The notes under the pieces: model-generated
The model's database searches: none
What the model was told of the DNA's origin: nothing
The model's input: the letters and a program-made list of their open reading frames with translations, nothing else
In this document: positions 39,985-49,673 of the stretch, in pieces
How positions within the stretch are numbered: the first letter of the stretch is position 1
Layout of the letters: each line of letters starts with the position of its first letter
Program-made: the position numbers and the translations under genes
Assembly: GCA_000002435.2 (NCBI GenBank)
Contig: CM018792.1
Origin: Giardia intestinalis
Taxonomy: Eukaryota
Length of the DNA stretch: 64,000 nucleotides
Strand: one strand, 5' to 3'

Positions 39985-41307
39985 ATGGTCAAAGGACTGG
40001 CGAAGGAGCAGAAGGTGCGTCTCTACCTTGGTGGACTGAAGAATGTAGAGCAGCTAATGAAAGGGGATGTTTTGATGGGCGACGACGGGAATCCACGTAC
40101 CATCAGTGCTGTGCATTCGTCAATGTCCAAAACGTACACCATTACCTATTCGTCCTATTTGGATGTTAAGGACGACCGGAGTTTTGTCTGTGGAGATGAT
40201 GCTGTTCTTATTTTAATCCCCGATGGGAACCGAGAGGTGAATAGAATTATTAATACCGGAGCAGACAACCAATATGTGGTTGAGTTTGTTGAGCCTGTCA
40301 CGGACGCAATGAAGTCCATCTCTGGCGTCAAGCTGCAGTGGAAAGTCTTTGCACAAGCTGACGACGCGCTTTCATATGTGGATCGTAGTCTCCCGAATTT
40401 TCTCTATGAATCTAAGTTGAGCGACTTCATCAAGTTAGAGCCTAAGCTTCAGCGCATGTTCAAGCTTGTTCGTCCGCTTCTTCCAATACGTTTTGTTGAC
40501 GCAGTAACGGTGATTCAAGATGAAACCAAAACAGACGTTGATATCTTGAAGAATATGGATATTCGCCCAACAGACCTGCCATGGTTGTGTGGCCTCTATC
40601 TGATTACCGGGATATGTATTGATGAGAGGTCGTTCCGCTTCCACTTGAAGGAGCTCAATAGTAACATTGCGGGAGAGGTTAAGCGTATATTCCGCTGTTT
40701 GAATTCCTATTATGAAATACAATTTGATGAGGCTTCGGAGAATTACACCATTAGGTTCCAAGGTGCCAGTGAGACAAACGACTTTTTCAAGCGGTTTATG
40801 ATCCAGTTTGGAATGTATGACGCTCGTACGAAGCGATACGTGAAGGATTCATTGAACCCACAGGTGTATCTTGAGAGCTTCAGTAGAATACGGGGCCCTT
40901 TTCTAGCAGGGATCCTCGATGGTAGCTCTGGGTACGGATTATCGGACATAAACCATGGACTGGAGTGTTATATTAGAGGGATCTCATCACCGGCGACACG
41001 GGAGGTGGTCGCTGACCTTGCCCGTTCGTGCTCTCTTAGCGCTGTTGTTGACCAGAGTGACAATAATACGCTAATCTTAGCAGGCGGAATGCTCTTCCGT
41101 GTACCGTGTGTCTCCACAATTCCTAAGGACTTTCCAGGGCTAGTGTCCCTCACATCCTACCCCAACCCAGACGGGAGCTCTGTTCTGCTTGGCATGCCTA
41201 TGCCATTCTCCATAAAAGAGTCTGGCACGCGCGAATGCTATTTCTTGGACATCCAGGAGCCGAACAAGCGGTGCCTTCTCTCCGACTACACCGTTGTTCA
41301 TCTCTAG
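39985..41307 (+). CDS. free-standing intein-like protein: a Hint domain plus two LAGLIDADG motifs, VMA1-intein/HO-endonuclease family, with degenerate catalytic residues, 440 aa
   Basis: The N-terminus GLAKEQKVRLYLGGLKNVEQLMKGDVLMGDDGNPRTI aligns with PI-SceI CFAKGTNVLMADGSIECIENIEVGNKVMGKDGRPREVI. The block-B-like SFVCGDDAVLIL aligns with KFTCNATHELVV. LAGLIDADG-like WLCGLYLITGI sits at about residue 200 and FLAGILDGSSGYG at about residue 306, the same spacing as in PI-SceI. The C-terminus is ...YTVVHL against PI-SceI ...VVVHNC. The gene has its own ATG behind the initiator aaattaaaaacattaaATG and its own stop, so it has no exteins. Confidence 0.75.
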   Translation: MVKGLAKEQKVRLYLGGLKNVEQLMKGDVLMGDDGNPRTISAVHSSMSKTYTITYSSYLDVKDDRSFVCGDDAVLILIPDGNREVNRIINTGADNQYVVEFVEPVTDAMKSISGVKLQWKVFAQADDALSYVDRSLPNFLYESKLSDFIKLEPKLQRMFKLVRPLLPIRFVDAVTVIQDETKTDVDILKNMDIRPTDLPWLCGLYLITGICIDERSFRFHLKELNSNIAGEVKRIFRCLNSYYEIQFDEASENYTIRFQGASETNDFFKRFMIQFGMYDARTKRYVKDSLNPQVYLESFSRIRGPFLAGILDGSSGYGLSDINHGLECYIRGISSPATREVVADLARSCSLSAVVDQSDNNTLILAGGMLFRVPCVSTIPKDFPGLVSLTSYPNPDGSSVLLGMPMPFSIKESGTRECYFLDIQEPNKRCLLSDYTVVHL

Positions 41308-41332
41308 AGGTTAGAAATCCATCAGAGTAAAT

Positions 41333-42880
41333 TTACTCACTATGAGGGACGGCTGAAGCAGTGGGTGGATGGAGGCTTGCGCTTGTGGATAAAGCGCTAC
41401 CAGTCACTTCCCGGTGCTTCTTCAGAGGAATATATTTGGCAGCATCCTCAATCTCGTCCTTCGTAAGAAACGTGAGATTCTGTGGTTTCTCGGGGACATC
41501 ACAGCGATCACACTCCGTGAGGTGCTCAACAAAGTTCACGTCTTCGTCAACTGGATTCATCTTCGAGATCATGCGCTCAAGCTCCTGGTTCACGCGCTTG
41601 GCTTCTAAGTCGTCATCATACCCTTGTCTCAGAGTGTTGCGTAGGTTACTTCTATTGAGCTCATCCTCCCTTCGCTGAGCCTCATCAAGCTCCTTTAATC
41701 GGGCAGCATTGGCACGCTCGCGCTCTATCTCCTCTCTACGCTGCCGCTCGGCTTGTTCCTTCTGGTTTTTGATTTCGTCCGCCAAGTCTTTCGCCATCTG
41801 CCTATTGTGCTTTCGTGTCTCCTCTGCCAGTCGTGCATTTTCAGCGGCTATTTGATCGTGTAGCTTCCTTGCTATTTCCTTTTCACGCTCGCGCTCCTCT
41901 GTCTCCTTGGCCAATTGCTCGTCTTTAAGACGTTTTTGTTCTGCAGCAAAGTCATTTAGTTCAGCGAGTTTTCTAAGTCTCTCAGCTTCAGTTTCTTCCT
42001 GCCTTCCTACGGGCCCAATATAATCGTTTATCGCTGCCTTCTCCTCCTCGCGTCGCCTATCAGCCTCCTCCTTGCGCCTACGGATGTCAGCCTCGTGGTC
42101 ACGTTTCTGTTGGTCGGCAAAAGCACGCTGGCGTTCCAGTTCTCGCTGAGCATACTCCTGTGCCTCTCGACGTGCAGCCTCTTGTTGTTCCTTTTCGCGT
42201 TCTAACTCGCGCTGCATAGCCTCCCGTGCAGCTTGACGTGCCTTCTCACTCGCTCTAATTGCGGCCTGGGCATCATCTTGCACCCGCTTTCTCTGCAAAC
42301 GTTCAAGAGCAGCCTCGATATCAGCCAACTTTTTAGCATCATCTGCCTGTTGCTTGGCCGTCTTCTTTTCTTTGTCGCGTTCCATCTCTTCCAATAGCTT
42401 CCTCTTCGCCATATTTAGCTCATTGATGCATGTTGGACACCATGCATCCTCGCAGCGATCAACAACAATTCCAGATTTCATTGGATCATTGTGCCTGCAG
42501 TGAAGCGCCTTCTGCTCATTATAGTCTTTCATAGCAGCAAGAAGGTCCTTCTTTTCATCCAAGCTCATTGCTGCTAGTTGTGCAGTGGTGACGTAGGGTG
42601 CTGCTTTGGGCTGAATCCGAGAGCTGCCAGCAGAACCAGTGCTTGATCGAAGACAGCCTTCTTGTGGAGTCCTCTTTGCAGACGAGTTACCCACTGGAGT
42701 CATGGAGCCAGAGGGCGCCAAATCGTCCAACTTCAGATCACGCGGCTTAGCAGCTGGACTCACCACAGGTGGCTTCTCGCGGGGAGCCACAACCTTAAGC
42801 TCAGTGGAGCGGCTGATGGGATGGATGGGCTCGCTGGGAATGCTAACACCCAGGCTTCCCAGAATATCAAAGTCTGTCAT
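41333..42880 (-). CDS. highly charged E/R/K-rich coiled-coil protein, 515 aa
   Basis: The ORF carries long REEEK/ERQR repeats. The initiator cgataaaaaaATG lies upstream. Confidence 0.75.
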   Translation of the reverse strand: MTDFDILGSLGVSIPSEPIHPISRSTELKVVAPREKPPVVSPAAKPRDLKLDDLAPSGSMTPVGNSSAKRTPQEGCLRSSTGSAGSSRIQPKAAPYVTTAQLAAMSLDEKKDLLAAMKDYNEQKALHCRHNDPMKSGIVVDRCEDAWCPTCINELNMAKRKLLEEMERDKEKKTAKQQADDAKKLADIEAALERLQRKRVQDDAQAAIRASEKARQAAREAMQRELEREKEQQEAARREAQEYAQRELERQRAFADQQKRDHEADIRRRKEEADRRREEEKAAINDYIGPVGRQEETEAERLRKLAELNDFAAEQKRLKDEQLAKETEEREREKEIARKLHDQIAAENARLAEETRKHNRQMAKDLADEIKNQKEQAERQRREEIERERANAARLKELDEAQRREDELNRSNLRNTLRQGYDDDLEAKRVNQELERMISKMNPVDEDVNFVEHLTECDRCDVPEKPQNLTFLTKDEIEDAAKYIPLKKHREVTGSALSTSASLHPPTASAVPHSE

Positions 42881-42911
42881 TTTTTTATCGAGTTTTGCGG
42901 ATCATTTTTGC
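42881..42911. promoter_or_regulatory. 31-bp AT-rich bidirectional promoter, ttttttatcgagttttgcggatcatttttgc
   Basis: It lies between the divergent ATGs at 42880 (minus) and 42912 (plus). Confidence 0.5.
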
Positions 42912-43634
42912 ATGACGGGCGGAACAGATCTTCCGCGACGCGACTGGCGAGAAAGCGAAGACGAGGTGCGGCTCCCTTCTTTGTCTTTTCACGTGAGCGA
43001 CGAATACTTAGGAAGCGCTAGTGTCCAAGCTTCAGAGATATCGATTATTGCATTAGTCTCGAAACCGCTAATCAACACATTTCTAGAGGACGGACGAAAA
43101 GGGCAATTGGTTGTCATTATTCCATCGCAATATACGTCTGCCACATCATTTCTTTCTCTCTTACAGAGGATGCTTGAGTCTATGGTTCTCTTGGAGGCAC
43201 TCACAGCGACTCGTGTGATACTGCGCATACTCCCGTTGTCTCTCAATGGATCGGAACTTTCATGGCTTCATCTGGCCGGCATGTTGGCCTTAGTTGATTC
43301 AGGAATTCCATTACGTTATCTCAGCACGATGGTAGGAGTTGGACTGTCATACAATAAGCACGATGCATCCCAGAAGATAGTCCTTGATCCATACGGTGGA
43401 GAAGCAGACGCAACTCTCTATGTGGAGGCAGCCATAGATTCAATAGATGTAGAATGTAAGGAAGCTCCTGCAACAAGCGTTATAGCAAACCACACAAGAA
43501 GTACAGCTCCCAAGAATATCATTAGAACAGTGGCTAATGGTCCTCTTCTTGTTTCCCACCTTGACCTGTGTATATGCAAAGCCATGAGTGCTTTAGAGCC
43601 ACTTAACAGATGTATCCTACAAGCAATAGCTTAG
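42912..43634 (+). CDS. exosome RNase PH-like subunit (Rrp46/Rrp43/Mtr3-like), about 240 aa
   Basis: R.DWRESEDEVR...LGSASVQ...ISIIALVSKP near the N-terminus and LAGMLALVDSGIPLRYLSTMVGVGL near the C-terminus match the RNase PH domain I and II signatures. The first ATG is at 42912. The ORF tool began at 42639, inside the antisense gene. The gene shares a 31-bp AT-rich divergent promoter with the coiled-coil gene. Confidence 0.7.
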   Translation: MTGGTDLPRRDWRESEDEVRLPSLSFHVSDEYLGSASVQASEISIIALVSKPLINTFLEDGRKGQLVVIIPSQYTSATSFLSLLQRMLESMVLLEALTATRVILRILPLSLNGSELSWLHLAGMLALVDSGIPLRYLSTMVGVGLSYNKHDASQKIVLDPYGGEADATLYVEAAIDSIDVECKEAPATSVIANHTRSTAPKNIIRTVANGPLLVSHLDLCICKAMSALEPLNRCILQAIA

Positions 43635-43661
43635 CTACTCAACTAGGTATTAACCTCATCT

Positions 43662-46600
43662 TTAGATGAAGTTTCTATCGGTCATTTGTGTAAATTTGTC
43701 AATGTACCAGTGCGTCAAATTGTACTTTGCGGCAAAGGGCTGCTTTCGCAGTGCCCAGAAAACAGAGAGGCACAAAGGATTTCGCATAAATGACAGACTA
43801 TCCAAATCACTAATGGTATTAAAGGAGATTGCAGAGCGAATAGTCCTTATGAGAAAACCGGCGCAATAATGCTTGAGAATAATATGCTGAGCTGGAAGAC
43901 TCTCTGGGGGAAGAATAAAGTCTAGACGACCGTAAATATGTCGTATGTCATGCAGGAGGATATACGGTGGGACAAGTCCGTAGAGATCTTGAGACGGCGA
44001 AGCATAGATGCAGGTCAAGCCGTACTCACGCACTTCTGAATCCAGGTCCAGCTCTTTATCATCAAGAAAATACGGTAGCAGAAGAAGAAGCATGCGTATG
44101 CAGTAGCTTTGAAGACAGGTTAGATCGTAAATAGCCTCCTTAGTTTCTGGATTCATCTTCTCTGCGGTGCTAGAAAGCAAACTAAGCTTGAGTTGTTCTT
44201 GTGCTAGCTTCTTGTCCAACAGAATACCCAATATTGATCCTATTGCGTAAAGAAGATTGGTAACCAAAAATGGATCTTTAATACTTAGCTTACCAGACTT
44301 AAGCACGATAACTGGTTGAGGGTCTGTATACTCCTGAGTACCTGGAGTGTGTATGTTTGAGAGAACGTAGCCGTGTAATAAATGAATTAAAAGAATCAAT
44401 AGAAATTTCAATCGACGAAGATTGGAAAGTAAAATACTTATATGTGAATTTTGTATGAGAAGCCCAAGTGCCTCAAAAAGGCGAAAATCAATGGTTATTT
44501 GCAGACCGATGAGCCATTGAAAGGTGGTGAAATGGGTCCCGATAGAAGGGCTTGTTTCTGCATATTGCTCAGTAAACTGGATTGGAAGATCTGCAGTGAA
44601 AATCTCAAAGATGCTCCCAGTCTGCCAGTTAGGTGGCCCGGGGTGGGCAGATGATGCTGAAGGAGATGTCTCGGAAATTGAAGGGCTGTGTCTATCTTCG
44701 TAGCGTTTATATGTGCTAAGAAGAATATAGGTTGCTTCGTAGATAGAATAATTTAGAATCAGGGTATACAACAGGCTCTCTTTGCAGTCAATAATGTTGA
44801 ATATTCCATCAGCGCAACGGCCAGTGAATACAGCAAGGCTGATGAGGTAAGAAACGTCTCCATATGGTGTCCATGAAATGATGGGGTGACTATCCTCATT
44901 AGCAAAAAGGATACGATAACATAATTTGAAAGCTAACTCCCAGGAAAGACCTACTTCCCATATGTTAATATCACTGAATGAATCTGCAAAGGATTGAATC
45001 GTGAACAACATGTACAGATCAAAGAATCGCTTGTTGACACAGTCATTCAACACGGTAGCTGCTCTATCCATCAATCCGCTATTAGATAGATCTACAAATA
45101 GGCTGCGTATCTTTAAAATGGGGATTTCAGTCTTATTTATGACCGGGTTGTCTGCTGAAAGAATGCACGGAGGATCATTCATCAAGTCAAAAGTTGGTTG
45201 AGCTCGTTGTGAATGCTCCTGAAGCATAAGAGCTAGAACCTGGGGAAAGTATGTGTCCATGTCCAGATGAAAATCAACAATATACAGGAAGCTTCTGGCA
45301 AGAGATAATGTCTCAAACAATGTGCCCATGCGACACTCATGCAGAGAAGCGTTGCAGTATGAGATTATTGAATGAGATACACCGTAGCTGTGTGATACTG
45401 GTTGCTGAACATGTGTTAGGATTGCTTCTATCAAAGAGTAATCGTTGCTTTGTGTATTATAGTGTCCTCCTTCTTCGGCAATCTGGTATGGATAGGTGTT
45501 ATGGTGATGTATCCGTCTGAGGCCTCTGTATCTTCTAGTTGTATCCACTGCTTTACAATCGGCATAGTATTGTCTATACAAGAGAGTTAGCATATGCTGG
45601 GCTTCTTCGTTACTTAGATAAGTATGGGAACACTCTGCCTTGCACTGATTGCTAACTGAGCGTCCAATTGCTTCAACATATCCTAGCTTTTCATTAATAC
45701 TGTAGTATTCGTTTAGCTCTGATATCACCGAAACACTCTGTGACAAGGAGCTACTGGACTTGAAGCAGGAGAAATCGGGAATAAAATGTGTTACTTTTGA
45801 CTTTCGTCGTCGTGATGTTGAGAATTCTCCAAATGACCGGGCTTTCCTTAGTTTGGCATCTTTTGCCACTTGGCGCAGTTCGTGTTCTTCACAGACAAGG
45901 TTTAGTGGTTGAGATTTGTAATCAGAAGTAGCTTTTCGCGAAGGAGACACAAAAGATGATGGCGACGTTTTAGCTGTCATGCTTTCAAGCTTCAGTAAAG
46001 GCTGCTTATTGATACTTGGACCCTTTTTAGGAAGAGAAAACGATCGAGAGAATAACTCACGACGCTTTTGGACTAGAGAGTCAAAGTTTAGATCTAAATC
46101 GGAGGAAGAGCTTAGTTCTGACTCACTGCTAGACAGATCCTTTGGAGGAGGTAACGCTGCATCCAGCAGTCGATATTCTACATGTCTTTTTCTTGACAAT
46201 AAGCAACCTGTGGAAGAACTTTGCAAAAACCTATCTGATTGCAAGCGAGTCAGCGAAGCCTTCTCAGTCGCTACACATGTGACTGAAGATTTTGGCTGTG
46301 CTTTATTTGGCCAAACATGAGATAGTCTTTTCACATCCTTGAAAGCAGGTCCATCCAGGACGGTATCAGTGTTATCGGTTTCACTAAAGACGGGTGCAGA
46401 TAACTCTCGTATGACATGTGCTGGGGCTATTTCAGAAAATGTACTGCAGCTAAGGGATGTTGCTGATTCTTCTACGTTACAAGTAAGCCTTGCTGCATTA
46501 GGATTGATACTGGATCGATTCTTTTTATAGTGCTTCATCTCATTAGCTAGTATTCGTGGCGAAAATCCACCTATTTCTAGGAAGAGCATAGCGGCATTTT

Positions 46601-47255
46601 GTACCCTGCGAGAGTGATAGTTCTTGGATATGATGTTACAAAGAGCGCTATGCAAAATGTCAGACCGACTCCTTTGCGCATCAAGTGCAGCACACCTAAG
46701 CTCTACTGAGGGCTTAAATATCTGTGACACTTGTGACAGGGGAGATTGCATGATAAAGGCCTCATGCTCTTTGATCTTTTCCATGTTGGTCATGTGTGTA
46801 GCAAGAATAGTAGGCGCTGTTTGTTTTGAAATAGGTTGGCAGACGATAGAACTAGGAGATCGCTCATGACATTGAGCCTGCGGGCGAAGAGTTACTCCTA
46901 CGGGTGAAGCGTAAGTCTTGGGGAATACAGTCGCACGGTTAATTGGGGACGACTGTGCTGTCGGATCGATGCTATGATTTGCTTTAGATGGGCGCATTTT
47001 AATGGAGTTATACTCAGCTATGGCATCTGCTGAATATGGAACAACCGGGACACGGCCTTTTGTACTAGCTGCCAAGCGACTAGAAAAAAGATACCCGTGA
47101 GAACTGTGTTGCCTTCCATTTGATATCTCATGAGCTTTGTGTGACGAAGCTGTGGCTACAGTCGACCTGGCACAATTCAAAGGTGGCTCGTGGGCTGCAT
47201 TACGCCGGGAGAGCTTCTCTTCAACCTTTACTTTAATAAAAGGCACCGGCACCAT
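43662..47255 (-). CDS. large hypothetical protein, about 1198 aa
   Basis: An uninterrupted 3.6 kb ORF. The first ATG is at 47255; the ORF tool used GTG at 47300. No domain recognised. Confidence 0.65.
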   Translation of the reverse strand: MVPVPFIKVKVEEKLSRRNAAHEPPLNCARSTVATASSHKAHEISNGRQHSSHGYLFSSRLAASTKGRVPVVPYSADAIAEYNSIKMRPSKANHSIDPTAQSSPINRATVFPKTYASPVGVTLRPQAQCHERSPSSIVCQPISKQTAPTILATHMTNMEKIKEHEAFIMQSPLSQVSQIFKPSVELRCAALDAQRSRSDILHSALCNIISKNYHSRRVQNAAMLFLEIGGFSPRILANEMKHYKKNRSSINPNAARLTCNVEESATSLSCSTFSEIAPAHVIRELSAPVFSETDNTDTVLDGPAFKDVKRLSHVWPNKAQPKSSVTCVATEKASLTRLQSDRFLQSSSTGCLLSRKRHVEYRLLDAALPPPKDLSSSESELSSSSDLDLNFDSLVQKRRELFSRSFSLPKKGPSINKQPLLKLESMTAKTSPSSFVSPSRKATSDYKSQPLNLVCEEHELRQVAKDAKLRKARSFGEFSTSRRRKSKVTHFIPDFSCFKSSSSLSQSVSVISELNEYYSINEKLGYVEAIGRSVSNQCKAECSHTYLSNEEAQHMLTLLYRQYYADCKAVDTTRRYRGLRRIHHHNTYPYQIAEEGGHYNTQSNDYSLIEAILTHVQQPVSHSYGVSHSIISYCNASLHECRMGTLFETLSLARSFLYIVDFHLDMDTYFPQVLALMLQEHSQRAQPTFDLMNDPPCILSADNPVINKTEIPILKIRSLFVDLSNSGLMDRAATVLNDCVNKRFFDLYMLFTIQSFADSFSDINIWEVGLSWELAFKLCYRILFANEDSHPIISWTPYGDVSYLISLAVFTGRCADGIFNIIDCKESLLYTLILNYSIYEATYILLSTYKRYEDRHSPSISETSPSASSAHPGPPNWQTGSIFEIFTADLPIQFTEQYAETSPSIGTHFTTFQWLIGLQITIDFRLFEALGLLIQNSHISILLSNLRRLKFLLILLIHLLHGYVLSNIHTPGTQEYTDPQPVIVLKSGKLSIKDPFLVTNLLYAIGSILGILLDKKLAQEQLKLSLLSSTAEKMNPETKEAIYDLTCLQSYCIRMLLLLLPYFLDDKELDLDSEVREYGLTCIYASPSQDLYGLVPPYILLHDIRHIYGRLDFILPPESLPAQHIILKHYCAGFLIRTIRSAISFNTISDLDSLSFMRNPLCLSVFWALRKQPFAAKYNLTHWYIDKFTQMTDRNFI

Positions 47256-47543
47256 CCACTTATAGCTGGTAAATATGAAAACCAAATATGCTCTGAACAC
47301 GAAGACTTAAAATGTAACTCATATTTACCAATCACAGTATAGCCATCTTACTCATTACAAGTTCTCCAATATCTTAATTGTTATTGTGTGCTATTAAGGT
47401 AAGCAGCTGCTTCACTCATCGTTCGAGAGTATGCCATTTACCAACCAAAGGACTGCTTCTTTATGCCCGCAAAAGTGCACACTGGAGCCACAAGCGGCGG
47501 GAACAGTAACTATGGCTGATGCCCCCATGTGATAACTTTAAAA

Positions 47544-49673
47544 ATGCAGCTACCTAAGGTTTATCGGAAGTGCAAAACATGTCTAGTAGGAAATAGTCTG
47601 CTCCATTGCGTCGCCGAATCACTCACTGTACAAGGTCTGACTCCTGAAAAACTAATCTCACTAGCCAAGCGGCTAGTAAGCAAGTGCTCTGGGGTGGGTC
47701 ACGCTTTGATTTCATACTATAGCGTGACTATAAAAGGTGTTAGCACAATAGAGTTTATATCTCCATATGTAGGATGGTCCATAGAAGACTATCTCATGCT
47801 TACACTATATGAGGGAAGGACCATTCCAGAGGAACAAGTATATAGATTTATGGCCGCCATCATTTGGATACTTAACCAGCTCGTGCACATATGCAGAACC
47901 TCACTTCTTATGTGGATCTTTCTTGGATACGCCAATCTATCACTAAATAATTTCTGCCTAGATGAGTTTGGAGCAATACGTTTCCGCTTAGATCTAGGTC
48001 ACACGCTAAAGAACATGATACTGGTCGATGAACGACTTGCGGACTGGCCACGGATCAAAGGGAGTGAGTTAGGTGTTCATCTTAAACTGCATATAATACA
48101 GTGCATCTTACGTCTAGCGTTTCCCCTTAACAATTTAGAAATAAATGGAATTGATCCGTACTCGGGCGCATTTTCTCGAGTATTTAAAGACTCGGAACGA
48201 AGCAAGGTGTTTTGCAGTCGCATGGAGCGTTTAATTTATTTATTTCAAAAAGAAGACATAACGTTAAGTCATATATTACATACAAACTTATTCAAAACAG
48301 AATTAGAAAAGTACTGGCAATCCTTGGGCATAACAGCAGATGACGATGCATCAACGCCTCTCATCGACTCTGTGCGTGCAAACGATATACAAAAAATATA
48401 CAATTTTTATGGACGGCAGGCTGGAATGATGACTTCTTCTGGTAAAACTGCACTTATGATAGCAGCTTCCAGAGGAGACACACGCGTGACCACACTCTTA
48501 GCGACACGGGAAGCTAACTACAGAGACATTTATGGAAACTATGCAACTCTGCTGGCAATCAAGAATGGATACAAAAATGTGGCGTTGCACCTTGCAGCGT
48601 ATGAGTCCATGGTTCTTCAAGAGGATGGTATCACCCCGTTAATGCTTCACGTTATCGGCAAAAATCTACAAGTCCCATTTCAAGAACTGATACAGGATGC
48701 GGGGAAGCAAATGAAAAATGGATTTTCTGCTCTTATGATTGCTTCCTTGACTAATGATCTGGACTATTCAATGGTACTCGCAAAGAAAGAGGCAGGATTG
48801 TGTAACGCAGAAGGGAAGACAGCAGGAACACTAGCTAACGAGCAAGGAAATACACAAATTTCACAATTCTTGGCTCGTTATGAAATAGTAATGGGAGTTG
48901 ATGGAGAAACACAGCTTCATCAAGCAGTATTAGCGGGTGATCTGCGCGCAGTGGAAGCTTATGTACATGCTGCACGTTCATATAATAAGGCTGGCTATAC
49001 AGCGTTAGGATTAGCAGCAAAGTTCAATCATACTGATATCATAAAAACTCTGATTCCCCACGAAGCTGGGATGCGGTGTAAAGTTAGCTTCGAGGCATGC
49101 GGCAGGACGTTTCAGGATCCAACGGCTTTGGCCATAGCAGTCTATCATAATAACGAGCAGGCAGTGAATCTTTTAAAACGGTATGAGGCAGGATTGGGAA
49201 TGAAGCCCCTCCAAACTACTGCCATGATGCTTGCAGCAGCGTGCGGATATAGCGGACTTATATCTCTTCTGCGAACTCGAGAAGAAAAGATGCAAGACAC
49301 ACACGGCAACACCGCGCTGATGTACGCCGTGAATAGCTCTTCCCTAGACGCAGTTTATAAACTAATGAAATACGAATCTCGAATACAAAATACAGAAGGA
49401 TACACTGCACTTATGTATGCTGCCTTCCACAATAAGGTACAAATTGTTGCTGCTCTTATGAAACTGGAAGAGGGGATGATCAATGTGCAAGGCGAACCGG
49501 CTATTATCTGTGCTATCAAGGCAGAAGCTAAAGAGTGTATAAGTATACTTGTTCGAGGATCAGAGGTGTCGTATTCTAAACAGTGTATTGAAATGATTAA
49601 ATCCAGTGCTACACTGACTTGCGCTATGAAGAGAGTTATGTTGAGGTATTTTAAAGAGGAGAAATTTCATTGA
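47544..49673 (+). CDS. degenerate NEK-like pseudokinase domain fused to an ankyrin-repeat array (Giardia 21.1/NEK family), about 709 aa
   Basis: The N-terminal about 300 aa show a kinase-like fold with degenerate motifs (LSLNNFCLDEFGAIRFRLDLG, with no HRD or DFG). The C-terminal repeats are TALMIAASRGD, TPLMLHVIG, TALMYAVNSS and TALMYAAFHN. The initiator gataactttaaaaATG lies upstream. Confidence 0.8.
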   Translation: MQLPKVYRKCKTCLVGNSLLHCVAESLTVQGLTPEKLISLAKRLVSKCSGVGHALISYYSVTIKGVSTIEFISPYVGWSIEDYLMLTLYEGRTIPEEQVYRFMAAIIWILNQLVHICRTSLLMWIFLGYANLSLNNFCLDEFGAIRFRLDLGHTLKNMILVDERLADWPRIKGSELGVHLKLHIIQCILRLAFPLNNLEINGIDPYSGAFSRVFKDSERSKVFCSRMERLIYLFQKEDITLSHILHTNLFKTELEKYWQSLGITADDDASTPLIDSVRANDIQKIYNFYGRQAGMMTSSGKTALMIAASRGDTRVTTLLATREANYRDIYGNYATLLAIKNGYKNVALHLAAYESMVLQEDGITPLMLHVIGKNLQVPFQELIQDAGKQMKNGFSALMIASLTNDLDYSMVLAKKEAGLCNAEGKTAGTLANEQGNTQISQFLARYEIVMGVDGETQLHQAVLAGDLRAVEAYVHAARSYNKAGYTALGLAAKFNHTDIIKTLIPHEAGMRCKVSFEACGRTFQDPTALAIAVYHNNEQAVNLLKRYEAGLGMKPLQTTAMMLAAACGYSGLISLLRTREEKMQDTHGNTALMYAVNSSSLDAVYKLMKYESRIQNTEGYTALMYAAFHNKVQIVAALMKLEEGMINVQGEPAIICAIKAEAKECISILVRGSEVSYSKQCIEMIKSSATLTCAMKRVMLRYFKEEKFH

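Noticed and set aside
39149-41307. Intein-like gene as a true intein embedded in a host protein, with the upstream 245-aa ORF as N-extein
   Set aside because: The upstream ORF is in a different frame and ends with its own stop 98 bp earlier. The Hint/LAGLIDADG ORF has its own initiator and ATG and terminates right after the VVH motif. It is therefore free-standing.
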